Source: Vicugna vicugna | Lineage: Eukaryota | Reading direction: 5' to 3' | Assembly (NCBI GenBank): GCA_013265495.1 | Contig: MU058384.1 | Span: 3,705,239-3,769,238 of the forward strand | Length of the DNA: 64,000 nt | Part shown: positions 1 through 12,957 of the stretch, piece by piece | Numbering within the stretch: position 1 is the first letter of the stretch | How the letters are laid out: each line of letters opens with the position of its first letter | Program-made: the position numbers and the translations under genes | The notes under the pieces: model-generated | Databases searched by the model: none | What the model saw: the letters and a program-made list of their open reading frames with translations, nothing else | What the model was told of the DNA's origin: nothing

Positions 1-316
1 GGGACCTGATGAGCCATCTGTGTGCAATGTGGAATAGTGGAGAAGACACACTCTTGGAAGACCAGTGTTTCTGGGCCAGCTCTGTCTCATGCCGCTGCTT
101 TGTTCCACCTGGGCAGGCCCCAGTTTCACCCCTGCCTGTGTGAGTGACATGAAGTCTGAGCTCTCTCATTCAGTGTGTAGATGTCGAAGATGTGACAGGA
201 TGAAGATGGTATCAGTTTTGTCCAAACGTTTTGTTTATCTAAACTGAGGGCTGCCAAGTTCCATAGTGGTAGGACTTCTCTTCTGATTTCTAAGAGAGCA
301 CTTGTTCCTCCCCACG

Positions 317-632
317 AGGGTTCAGCACATCTTTCTGTAAAGGGCCAGGTGGTAAACATTTTAGATCTTGTGGGAGGTCCCTCTCGCCACTCCTCAACTC
401 TGCAGGTGTTGTTACTCAGTAGGAGCCATACATAGTATCTAAACAAATAATCCCAGCTGTATTTCAATAAAACTTTATTAATGGACACTGAAATATGAAT
501 TTCGTATCATTCACAAAATATCATCCTTTTGATTTTTCCCCCCTCTAACAATTAAAAAATGTAAAAACCATTCTTAGCTTGCAAGCCTTACAAAAACAGG
601 CCTGGCAGGGGTTTTCCCCATGCTGACCTTTG
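317..632. mobile_element. hAT-Charlie DNA transposon relic, MER58B-like
   Basis: tttctgtaaagggccagg...actcaactctgc...caataaaactttatt...aaaatgtaaaaaccattcttagct resembles the MER58 consensus. Confidence 0.75.
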
Positions 633-3600
633 CTCTACATCCACTGCCTCCCCTTGAAAGGTGAATCATTAGAATCTAGTGAGAAGAACTTCATCTGTCA
701 AGTTCCATGTGAGTTTTCAGCTTGGCTCCGCTCTGAACCACAAAATTGTGAGCAAGGCCCTTTGTCTCCTTCAGCGGCCTATAAAATTGACCAGGGATGA
801 AAGTAAAGGGGGAAATAGAACTAAATTTCTAAGATTTCTTCATGGAATCCCTGTGAATTTGCAAAGGTAAGGCAGCGGATTGTGTCTGTGCAGACAGAGC
901 ATCTGAATAGAGAGTTTCAAGATCTGGATTCTGATCCTGGTTCTTCTCTAACTTGGAGTGCATCATTTAAAATCTCCAGAGTGGAGGGTTGGAATAATTG
1001 TTCTCTGAGATTCCTTCCAGGCCTCCAATTCTGCACTTAAAAAGTACAACAGTACTGATAAGAGATGGAATCATTTCAGTCCATAAAGTGAATGAACTGT
1101 CATGTTCCCACTCCAGAAGCTCAGGGTTAGTGAGAAGCACAGATTCAAGTCCTGGTTGAGGTGGGGCCTCTGTCAGGGTCCGCACAGAATGTCTTGGGCT
1201 TCCAGGAGATAGCCCCTATTGTCAAACGGGGGAAGGGGTGGTGTGGAGGGGGTGGTTCAAAGGTGACCCCTAACCTGAGATAGAACGGTAAGCAAGAAGG
1301 GCTTAACAAGGGCTTCAGCATTTAAAAGGGAATGTTGGTGTTCCAATAGCTCAAGTTAATGGAATGAGTAAGACCATAAAAGTCAGTTACATTTTTACAA
1401 GCTTCCATTATGCGTCCTGGCAGCTTTCTAAAGGATAGATTGCAGTTAAAGGATTTCACTGATTTTCTCTATTTGACGATCATTTAACTGTCATTGAATT
1501 TGTTCTTTGACTACACTGGTCATTCTCTCATTCTTGTTCTGAGAGGAAACTAATGTTCTATCAAAGATTTTATGGAAATTTGTCATACTTCCATACACGA
1601 GACTATCTCTCAGAGATGGCAAAGGCCAAGCTAACAACAGCCCTTCCCAGCCCCCTGCACTGTAGGCAGTAAATTTCTATAAAGGCTAAGAGACAGTGAT
1701 ACAGATGTCAGTGATGCAGAGCTACTCCAGGTAGACAGACCCCCAACTAGCAGGGTCTCAAAAAAATTTTTTTAAATGAACATCAGTTTTAGGAAGTGTA
1801 GCTAGAATAGGCCTTATTATTCTCCTACTTTGCTTATGAGAAAACTGAACCATAAAGAAGTTACATTTGTTCATTCATGTTAAATGATTTAAGGTTGCTG
1901 CTTAGAACCAGGAGCACACTTTTCTTAGAAGCAGTATTATAGATGGTGGTTAGATTTGGGACTAGGCTATAAGTAGCCTTGTTAACTAAGTGCCCCTGAA
2001 GTATGAAACCCATTCATCTATTTAAACATTCAGCCAAAGTGTGTTCCTGCCAACCTAAAACAGGGTCTTTGACCACATCTTTCCTTGTGTTAGAATCAGT
2101 AACTTTTGTGTTCATATAGCTTCTGGTAGCATCTTGGGTGGATGTCATTGGAGCATTACTTTGGATCACTGGTGATGAGAGGAGGGGCTGTGGTGAGGTA
2201 GGGGACAAAGGAAGGACTGGGAGCCTGCAGGGAGAGTGGGGAGGCCAGGCAGAGGGGAGGAAGAAGGATGCTCAATGAAGGAGAAAGTGATGCCAGAAGA
2301 GGATCCTTTAACACTTTGACCTTCGTCCCCTCCAGACCTATTTATGGCCCTTGATTTCCTGCTGATGTGAGACTCTGGGACTCTGCTTTGCTCAAGGCCA
2401 CCTCATTCCCTCTCAGGGGGCTCAGGATTAAAGGGCTGTCTGCTTCCCCTTCCCCTGCCCCTAGCCCTTACATCCCTAGCCTTTTTCTAGCCAGGCTCGC
2501 TGCAGATTGCAATCTTTTATTCAGCCTTTCACCCAGTAGCAACAGTAGCTAGCAGGAAGGAAACACATGCAAGTTGAAATTTTAAGAATTTAGCCTTTCT
2601 GTTTTCATCTGTATTGTGCTCTCACTTTACTTGGGCTGGTGATAGAAGCCTCCTATTTGGGCCACGTCACTGGACAGACATCCGAACTTTCTGGGTTTTG
2701 TTCCATTTGCTTCCAGCGCAGCGCCTTAGGACTTCCGATCTTACTTGATAAAAGGAAAACAAAACAAACATAACCTTTGTCTCCTGTCTATGCCAGACTG
2801 AGAAGTTCCCAAGAGTCTTCCAGCCCACTTCTGCAATTTCTCCTTTTAAATCTAGTGAGGCTTTTGAATACACTGTCTCATATACTTTGAGGGAGAAGGT
2901 GAAATCAGTATTTCCAAAATAGTGGTCCCCATGAATCATTTAAAAAAAATTGGAAGACCTATATGTGTTTGTCAACATTTTATTTTTCCAAGTGAGGAGA
3001 TTATAAAGCGAGGAAAAGAAAACTCAACAGCCAGCCAGCTTCTGCCATGACTTGTTAAAAAGAAAAGACATTTTTATGTTAAATTAGAGAAGACATAACC
3101 TGAGCATGAAGAATAGCTTTTTGCATACAGTAAGTGTATGGAAAAACGGATTATTTGTTATTCTTTTTCCCATTTTGCCGTGATGAATGAAAACTTGATC
3201 ATGCCACTCTAGGGAGCCGTGTCTGAGAACCTCTGATCTAAACGACCTTAGAGCCTCTTCCCACCTCCAGTCACTGCCTCTTCACACTCGACACAAGTCT
3301 TAGCAGAATAATCAAAAGAGCAAACATAGGTAGACTCATAAGGAAAAAGTCTAATTTAGAAAGGGATTTTAAAAAATACCCCCGTGGAGCCCCCACATGG
3401 TTTTTCTCTGGGCCTTTACCACTGTGTTTCTTCTTGCTTCTTGGAGGCAAAGTTATACTTTTCCAAAAAGAGCTTGATTAGAAAACTGGGGAAAAAAAAA
3501 AAGCAGTGCTAAAAAGAAGACTCCAAAGCACAAAAATAAACTCGTGTTTAGAACACCCATTTCTTACCCCAAATAGTCAACTACAGATTGTCACCACTGG

Positions 3601-4246
3601 TCCTGCTTCCCAGACTCCTGGGATCCTGGCTTCTAGCCTCAGCTTGGGTGCCTTTAGTCTGCTTAAGATACTCAGCAGCAGTAGTTCAAGTTGGTTCCAC
3701 CTCAGGGTGAAGCCTAATTAGATGCGCACAGCGTGGCCTGGTCTCACCAGTGGCCGAGGCTGGTGTCAGGCTTCTCGGGGTTCTCTGCTACAAGTCAGTT
3801 CCCCTCTGGTGGCTAAGGGACTGTCCCCGGCTTCCTGTTTTGGAGGCCTGGTTAGAGGCCCGTTCAGTTCCTGTTTCGGGTTTGCAGGATAAAATTGTTT
3901 CACCGCTTCTTGGTGGAGCCGTGGGAGATTGACAAGCACAAAGCCCAATGAATGTGCAAGTCTTCACCAACAGGCACCAACTAGTTCTGCTTTCCAAGGA
4001 GTTGCCCCAGTGGCCCCTTAAAACAGCACCCTACTTGGCCTGGGGCACGATGAGCGTTGACAATGTAGTAAATGAGTTGGGAGTGGGCAGTGTTGCGGAA
4101 AGTACCTGCAGCTGTGTGAGTATCAGGAAGAAACCAGTCCCCGACAGCCTTGGGAAAGGTATATCTTGAAGGAAACAGCCTCACTGTCCTATAAACTGGA
4201 TATAGATAAGTGGGGAAACTGGCTATGGTTAAGAAAGATACCCCTT

Positions 4247-4434
4247 GTGGGGAGGGTATAGCTCAAGTGGTAGAGCACATGCTTGGCATGCTTGAGGTCC
4301 TGGGTTCAATCCCCAGTACCTTCTCTAAAAGTAAATAAACCTAATTACCTCCCCCAACCAAAATAAAATAAAATTAAATGATACAATAGGAAATAAATAT
4401 ATATATAATAAATAAAAAATAAATATAAAAAAAT
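4247..4434 (+). mobile_element. tRNA-Ala-derived SINE (Vic-1-like), long-tail form
   Basis: ggggagggtatagctcaagtggtagag...gggttcaatccccagtacc, then aaataaacctaattacctcccc and an A-rich tail. 13-bp TSD aaagatacccctt at 4234-4246 and 4435-4447. Confidence 0.93.
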
Positions 4435-5824
4435 AAAGATACCCCTTATTTTCAGGGAGCAAAATTAGATTTGCAAATTTTATTACTGGTATAAAAGAAA
4501 AATAAGAAAGCAAAGCAAAATTATAAATTATTTAAACATCCACTGGTGATTCTAATACACTGACTTCTTTAGTTGCTTTAATATATTGGCTTTTCTCTCT
4601 GGCTGGAGATGCTGACTAAAGAAACATCTCAAAATGTGGGTCAGATTGTTGGAGGAGAAAGGGTATGAGAAAGCTGATTTTTAAAGCCTTGTTTAATTAT
4701 TCCAAAAATTGTAAAAAGTGAGTACTTACATCTTAAGTGAGTTTTATTTTGTAGTGGTTTTTTTTTTTCTAAAGAAAATATGAAAACTAAAAGATACAGA
4801 ACCCATGCTATACTGTGATAATTTTCTTAAGGGACACAGAAGAGAGGAGAGAAATATAAGTATTTCTAGCAGCTCCTACTGAAAGTCATAGCAGAGCAGA
4901 TCTGTGTAACTTAAATGCCTCAGAAGTTGTATAAGATGTCAGTAAACATTCCATTCCAAGCAGACCTTTTCAGGTGCAGTAGGCAATCAACAATGGGCAA
5001 GGTGATTGCCTTTGGTATATAATTCATACAGGAAGGAAGTTATATCCCTTTGTAGAGCAAGGCTCTAAAGTGTTTGTGACCAATTATATTAGTATTTTCC
5101 CAACACTTTCAGTCCGTTTTAAAGACTCTTAAGAAACATAAACATGGAGGGGAGCTATCCTAGTGAATTATCAGTGGCTGGCAGGCCATCTGTCTGTTGA
5201 CTCCAAACCATATAAAACCAAGTATTTGCCTAAGCCGGAGAATACACCCTCTTCTAAAAAAATCTTAGTTACTCCTATTTCTTATTTAAAAGTCATCCAA
5301 AAAGAGTTAAATACACCCAGGCTATTACATGTCAAAATCTCTTGATGTCACATTCAAGTTTTCTAATAAGTTTAGAAATCTGTTGTATCTCTACCAAACA
5401 GTATTCATCTGTATTGCTGTGGACAGTTATTACTTGCATTACTATCGGTTTTACACAATGTAATGTTTATCGCAGAAACATTGTAAAATGGTCTTATCAT
5501 TACTAGAAGGACGATCAAGGGTGCTCATCTTTTTAAAATCAGATCGTTCCCAGGGGGTGGCTTGACCGGATCCAAGTCAGAAATACACCAGTGTGTTGTC
5601 TGCAGTGTCTGCAAATCCAAATTCATTCTCAGACGAGGAAATCATCATCATTACTAATGGGAACTTCAGTAGTCTAGACCACTCCAAGTAGGTTAATTTT
5701 TTGGAGGGAAAAAAATGCTTATAATGTTTTAGAGGGCTGGCAAATTGCTGTAAAACTCCACATGCCAAATATATTACTTTGATCTTGTAATTTATGGCAA
5801 GTCCTACCCAAACGCACACCATGC

Positions 5825-6035
5825 ATTACTGTGTGCTGGGTGCTGTGCCAATCACTCTACATGCCTGATCTTATTTAATCTTTAAAACAGCTTTATGAGG
5901 CAGACAACATCAATGGGTCAGTTTTACATACAAGGAAACTTGAGACCCTGCAGACTTAACCCACTTTCCCAGTGCCGTGTGTCTACTATAAAGAGGCAAA
6001 ACCAAGAGTCTGTTCATTTATAACTATATTCTCCT
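5825..6035 (-). mobile_element. MIR SINE
   Basis: tgtgctgggtgctgtg...atcttatttaatc...ttttacatacaaggaaacttgag resembles the MIR core in antisense. Confidence 0.6.
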
Positions 6036-7382
6036 GCCTCCTAGAAATAAATCTTCTGTTTGAGAACATCTAAATTATTATTAATACCATGATTACAGTC
6101 TTCTTATCAGTAGACATTTGTTGTCTACTTAAAATATGCAAGATTTCTTCTTAAGGTCTGCACAGAATTCTGTTAAGAGTGCAATTTCTGCCTGTTATGA
6201 TCCTACAGTCTGCCCTCTGAATTCAACAGTTTAATAAATAATTGTTGGGAGTCTACCACATGCAGAGTGATGCTCTAAGTAGTGAAAAAATGAAAAATCG
6301 AAGGGAATTTTTTTTAAAGAACTCCATGTTGTAGGTGACTTCACTGAACTGTACACATGAGAACAATGTTCATTACTGTTTTAATAGATATGAAAATGCA
6401 CTGAAAATAAAAATCTTACACATCTGTAAACTAGGTCTTAGGCACTTAACCTTATTTTTATATGAAATCAGTATCATGTTTAAAGTTACTTAAATAAATA
6501 CCCAGATTTTATTAAAAATCTTTAAGGTCTTTTACAAATATTGACAAAAAATCTCTTTAAATTGACTTCAAGGGGGTGTGATACTTTTTTTATGAAGAAG
6601 AATTTATCTACTGACTCATAGAAACAAATGGAGTTATTACCTGAGACTTTGAATCTTTTTTCTTGTATATTATTTTTCTAGTAGTGAAATTCGATCTGTA
6701 TTTAAACTCTCTTATATTAATCTTTTCAATTTCTGTAAACATCTAGGCTGTTTTAGGTAATTGTTACAAGCTAGCAATGAAGTATCAATTTAGTATTCCT
6801 TAGGCCTGTAGTCCATAATAAAATTATGTTGCTTGTTTGTTGGCGATTCCTGGAGTATATGTATGGTTCTTTGTTGACAGAAAATAGTCACTTCAAGGCC
6901 AGGTTATTGAATGGCTGGGCCGGAATGAGAACAGTAAACAAACAAATGAAATTTAATTTAGATACTGGAATCTAAATGGCAGACATGTATTAGATCCATT
7001 GTTGATGCAAAACCATATCTGTATTACGGTGTACATAAAAGTGACTACTGTTGCAATCTACCTTTCAAGTTTCTAAGCAACATTATGAATGTATATTTTA
7101 CAGAACATTTCTAATTACTTCTGAGTCACACGCATAGAGTTGATGTATGTTAGCTCTACCAAGACAATTCCGAGATTTTTAGGAATTGGTCTTGGGAAAC
7201 CAGCTTTGGTTGATCCAGTGAAAATTCAGATCTGGACAGTAGGATTTTAATTTTTAGTTTTTCATAACTAACTCTTGATCAGTTTACTGCTTACTGTTTA
7301 TATACAATCAGAGTAAGAAAAGGTTTATGGACTATGCAGAGGGGTAGAGAGTCTGGCTTTAAAACTTAATGTATCTCTTAAC

Positions 7383-7414
7383 GTGTGTGTGTGTGTGTGT
7401 ATGTGTGTGTGTGT
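7383..7414. repeat. (GT)9AT(GT)6 microsatellite
   Basis: Read directly from the sequence. Confidence 0.95.
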
Positions 7415-10049
7415 TACTAGTTGCAAAACAGAGCTGGGGTGTAGGTTGCTTGGCTTGACCTAGTGAAATTCAAGAACAATGTTGTAGCTTGCACGTGAGT
7501 TATGACGAGAATAGTTGGCTTCACTATTCTTGCCCAGCAACTTAGTGCTGCCAATAGTTTTTGTGCTCAAAGTACACTTGGCAGTTGGTAAATCTGAAAT
7601 AAAGTTGGAAAGAAAATTCTGGCCAAGACTCTTCACAGAGTCCTAGACTCTTCTTTCCTTTATAAATTCAGTAGTGTAGAGAATTTATTTAATCATTAAA
7701 TATGACACATGTGTGGGTTACCCAAGGACTGATCCTGCTGTGTTTATTAGACATTCGACCTGCAGATCTACATTGCTTTGTTTCCAAAGTCTGAAATTAA
7801 GGGTTGTCAGCATTATGAAATCTTTGCACAGTCAGCTATGCCTTTGACTTAACATTTAATTTCCAGGAGTATTTCATTAGTGTTTACTAGGCCATCTACT
7901 ATATATTAAAATGAGTGGCACACCTGTGTCATAAGTATTTATTTTGATTAATTTATGTCACATCAGAGTGTAAGTGACAGAAATTTATAATTATTACGAA
8001 CATCATATGCTTACAAAGTTCACTTTTTAAGGTTCTTTTGAAGAATTGAGTTAGATGCAAAGATACACTAATTAAGACAGTAGATTACAGGAGCCTTTAA
8101 AAGCTGATAATGTGTAAATATTCATCAGTGTTCACTAATGACAGGGTTAGGGAATGGCTTGTTTGGATTTTTGGGAAGTTTAAAAGTTCAGCCAGAATCC
8201 TCTGTTCTTCATTCTTTGTTTAAGGGAACAGAAGTCAGGAAAAAGTCAGACAAGAATTGTAGGTGACTGAACTTAAGTAACCTCTGTGGAGTTTTATGGT
8301 TACACTTGTAACTGTCATTTGGTGCCTATTTATCAAATCTTTGAGAAGGTAAAACCTTGATATCATGAGAGTGACCCTCTTCTATGTCAGCCAAATCTCT
8401 TATACACTTAGAACTAAAGTTAAGATATTGCTGTATCTCTCTGGTTTGCCTCCAACATTGACACATATTTTCACTATGTGGTGAGAGGTAGATAAGTAAT
8501 GGAAAAGTGCTACTTCATAATTTCCAAGCTTCACGGAGCTCAGGATTCTGCATTGAGTCTAGTTTTAATAAAGAAGCAGATTTCATTTGTTAAATACATA
8601 GTGAACATTCTTCATGATGGAGTCTCTTGATTATCCAGGACATAGGCTGGTAGCTTCTTCTTATTACCTATGTCCATTCATTTTCCATCTGGAATAGCCC
8701 AAGAAGGGCCAGACACCATCCTTAGAAGCAACTAAGTTGTTCACACGAAAGTTGTTGCCACTGTGTTGTAACACTGCTTGAGAATTCTAGAAGCAAAATT
8801 GTCCTATTGTATTTATTTACGTTGGTGTGCTGTTATTTTCCCAGACCACTGCTATTTAATAGGTTTGTGCTTTCCTCTGAAAATATCATTAGACATGTTG
8901 GAATAAGTTCGCAGGGGCAGATATATAAAGCAGCCCTGATTTTTCTGTTTTCAAATTCTACTTTTTTGAGTTGGTTCTCCTTGGTTTTTTTCATCAGGGG
9001 AGCAAGAGCATGTTACCAAAACAAGAGTTCTGTGCCAGAGGATAAACCAACTTAATTTGAGAAGATTTTCTAAGAGCATTAAAGCGAAAAAAAAAAAAAA
9101 AAGCTATGATTGGAGAATCCAAGGCCGTAATCTGCTTTCAGTTTTCAGTTACCTGATCTAAATGCTGAAAGCTCTGTTGAAGACTTGGACTGGCTTATAA
9201 GCTTCTGATGACTTTGTATTTAGTCTATGAGAATTCCCTTCAAAAGACTTGTAATTGTCCCCCTTAGTCACAGAAGAAAGTGTTGCCCAACATTTGAGCC
9301 ATAATATGTACTTAATATGTGGTCACCAGGAAAATTCCTTCCTGAATCCAGCATATTGTGTAATTATTTATGAGCTGGACCTTAGCATTCTTTTTTCATT
9401 TAAGCTATGGATAATCTTGGCACTAGGTAACTTTCTACTTTTTAGTCTCTCTTTAAGATCTGCGTAATTTTTTTATTACATGTTTATGTTAGTCTATTTC
9501 TTCCCTCTTAAAATAATCTCCTAAAGCTATTAGATACATCTTAATTTGTTTACTTGATTCTTTGGGGAGTATTAAAAAAAGCTGTTGCTCCATAAGTCTT
9601 GCATCATATATGAAATGACTAAGAAGGAGCAACTGAAAAAGTCAAGTCCAATGTTGTAGGATAACGAGAAATCTTTTGTTAGAAAGGTCTGACATAGAAG
9701 GAGCAGTTTCAGGTGCTTTAAAGGATCATTAAAATATAATTCCATGTCTCCTTTCCTTGTCTGTCTTGTTTATCCTGTATCTCTGGTACCTAATATAGCA
9801 CTTGGCATGCAGTAGGCACTTAAGACATATCAATGTACTAAATGAATCAATATTTCACTTCTCCCTCTTGCTATTAGTTATTGATTTTGATATCTGCCTT
9901 TTCTACATAAGTGTGAGTTGAGTTTTAGGTGGCAAAGATATTTTATGGATCTTGACATCTCCCAGGTCTTTATATCTGCGTTTGACCTACAGATCTGTGT
10001 TTGATCCCGAAGTGGCCACACTTACTGATGCTTATATAGAATAGAATTC

Positions 10050-10721
10050 AATGAAATCAACCCTTCCATTGAGGGGCTCACAGTCTGGTACAGGAGATCA
10101 GCCTATAAACATAGAATAGGTTGTGCTGATTGCTGATTGCTGTACTAGTGGTGTATATAAAGTGCTCTGAGAATACAAATGACAGAGAATTTTCCTTGAG
10201 GAGGAAGGGAGTGTGGAAGAGGTTGGCTAGAGCTTTGGACAGGAGGTGATTTTGAATTGAGTTTTGAAGGGTAACAGTGATAACACTTATTATGTGCTAG
10301 GTGTTTTAAGCTATGAGAATAAGGGAGTCTCCCCATAAGAAAGAGGCAGAAGAGTAAGAGGGTCTATGATGGAACCAAGACAACACCAGCATTTAAAGAT
10401 GGACAGAGGAAGGCATCAACTTGTGAGAAAGAGAAGTGGTCAAGAAGTAGGACAATGGATGGGGGGAGAGTTCAGAGAGTGGAAGAAAAAGAAAGACAGA
10501 GTGAGCTAGCTGAAAGCGACATAAAGAGGGTTTGTCAGAAGTCAGTACAGTTGAATGTTTCAGGGAGTAACTGGACTTGGAGATTAGAAAGCCCCTGATT
10601 ATTTTTGCCAGAGCAATTTCAGGAGAGTAGGTGGTGGTGGTTGTCCAAAATAGCATCTTGAGTGATTGCTGGTCAAGAACAGGAGGTACATAACATGGAG
10701 CTTTCTTTAAAGAAATGTGTT
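10050..10721 (-). mobile_element. Degraded L2 LINE fragments, interrupted at the right end by the L1 insertion
   Basis: Purine-rich L2 antisense-type motifs (ggggctcacagtctggt, tttgaattgagttttgaagg, gccagagcaatttcagg). Confidence 0.55.
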
Positions 10722-11531
10722 CGTACCAAACAATAAATGCTGGAGAGGGTGTGGAGAAAAGGGAACCCTCGTACATTGTTGGTGGGAATGTAATTTAGTG
10801 CAGCCACTATGGAAAACAGTATGGAGATTCCTTAAAAAACTAAAAATAGAGTTACCATTTGATCCAGCAATCCCAATCCTGGGCATAAAGCTGGAGAACA
10901 CTCTAATTTGAAAACATACATGCACCCCAATGTTCATAGCAGCACTATTTACAATAGTCAAGACATGGAAACAACCTAAATGTCCATCAATAGCAGAATG
11001 GATAAAGAAGATGTGGTGTATATGTATACAGTGGAATACTACTCAGCCATAAAAGAGAATGAAATAATACCATTTGCAGCAACATGGATGGACCTAGAGA
11101 TTATCACAGTAAATGAAGTAAGTCAGACATAGAAAGACAAATACATGGTATCACTTACATGTGGAATCTAATAAGTGATACAAATGAACTTATTTATAAA
11201 ACAGTAAGAGACTGACAGACATAGAAAACAAATTTATGATTACCAATGGGGAAAGTGGGGGAAGGATAAAGTAGGAGTTTGGGACTAGCAGATATAAACT
11301 ACTACATATAAAATAGGTAAACAACAGTGTCCTACTGTATAGCACAGGGAACCATATTCAAAAGCTTGTAATAACCTATTATGAAAAAGAATCTATATCT
11401 ATAGCTATAACTGAACCACTATGCTGTACATCAGAAACTAACACCATATTGTAAATCAACTATACTTTAATATAAAAGAAATAAAATATCTATACATAAA
11501 CATAATAAAAATTAAAAAGAAAGAAAGAAAG
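10722..11531 (+). mobile_element. 5'-truncated L1 (ORF2 C-terminus, 3'UTR and A-rich tail), sense to MAP3K5
   Basis: ORF 10717-10911 carries the L1 ORF2 cysteine-rich motif [26 protein letters not shown]. Tail ends in (GAAA)n. 13-bp TSD aaagaaatgtgtt at 10709-10721 and 11532-11544. Confidence 0.95.
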
Positions 11532-12639
11532 AAAGAAATGTGTTGTCGAGAGAAGCAGAAAGAGAAGGCAATTCCCGTAAGCAGCACATTCTGCTCCCAG
11601 GGTAAGGGACCTTGCCTGGTCCTGCCAGTGTTCATGCCTCAGAGACAGGATGAGGTCAGTGAGCCTTTGTGGGCTAAGGTATTATTTAACATTGTTTCTG
11701 TGGGAATGTACAATACAAATTCTCAACCACTTTCTTCCAGGGAGAACTTCTGGGGCACTACCCTTTGTAAGTGTACTTGTTTTCTTGTTAATTGTAATTA
11801 GCTGAAAGTAGAGTTGCCTTTCCTTACGAGATTCCGTAACTTAAATTAATTCACAGTGATACAGCGTAAGTTGAGGATTCTTTTCTGGTTGAACTTAGTT
11901 TGCAAGAAGTGTAGGACTTGTTCAGGAAGTGAAAGTGTTCACTAAGAAAATGGATCGCTCAGGCTAGGTAAGGTTTTTCATTCTGTCTCCAGTGGCTGGA
12001 CTTCACAGGCTGTTGAAACCTAAAAAATAAAAATTGGGACCAAAATTATTTTCTCAGCCACTTGAAACACTTCATTGCATATAACACTGGCCACTTATAA
12101 GTAAAAATGATTCATTCTTTAAAAGAGTTTTTTGGTTTTTTTTTTTTTTTTTTTTTTCAGTGCCATCTCGCTTTGTAAACCTGCAAAGAAAACACTTTTT
12201 TTTTTCTTAAACTCTGATTGCTTTTTAAGCTTTCTTCACCTTAGGTTCCAAACCACTCCCGAATAGAGGGCTGCTCTGACTACATCACTGGTATAAACCC
12301 TGGACTACTTTGAAAGTGCTCTTGCTATCAGATAGGCTCATTCATTTGTATTTTGTGTCTGTCCATTCCAAAAGACGTTCCCTCACCCTCAAAAAAGAAT
12401 CTTATGTGAATAGTAGCTACTGTTTTACTGGGTTATCTTGGAATCAGCTCCCTTTCAGCCTTATCTTTTATGCATCCAATGAAGGACACGTGTTTCTGGT
12501 GTTGACAGATTTTCTCGTGGTGCCCCCTTAACCTTAGTGTCACACTTAGGGGAGTGGAGAGGGAAGGAACACATTTACTTAGAAACCTTTGCTTAGAAAC
12601 ATTTCCTTTACCTAAGGATGACTTCACCAGGGACGAAGG

Positions 12640-12786
12640 CCTTTCTGTCTTTCCTCCTCCTCCTTCTCTTTTTCCTTCCTCTTCCCCTCCCTTTCCCGCT
12701 GCCTCCTTTTTTTTATTCCTGTCTTCCTTCCTTCTTTCCTTCTTTCCTTCCTTCTCTTCTCACCTCTCCTCTCCTTCCTTCCTTCT
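12640..12786. repeat. CT-rich low-complexity polypyrimidine tract
   Basis: Almost pure C/T run (ccttc/ctttc units). Confidence 0.85.
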
Positions 12787-12957
12787 AACACTAGGAGACA
12801 CATTACAGAGCCAAATCTTTTGAAAACTGACCTTGAAAATCAGTTCTCAGGGTGAAATTGAATTTTCAAAAAGAGCATTCTGAAAAGAACATATTTTTAA
12901 ATATTGGGTTGTCAAGTACAGACTCTTCTTTGATACCAATACTAATGATAATGATAA

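Noticed and set aside
4981..5011. 9-bp inverted repeat aggcaatca...tgattgcct (and an 8-bp one at 6109-6129) as miRNA or structural RNA
   Set aside because: Stems are far too short for a pre-miRNA, and a few such hairpins are expected in 64 kb.
5592..5657. CVVCSVCKSKFILRRGNHHHY, superficially zinc-finger/FYVE-like
   Set aside because: Short frame ending in a stop, no second cysteine pair, no convincing gene context; likely chance.
10717..10911. Cys/Trp-rich ORFs here and at 57341-57556 as novel proteins
   Set aside because: They are L1 ORF2 C-terminal remnants within truncated elements.
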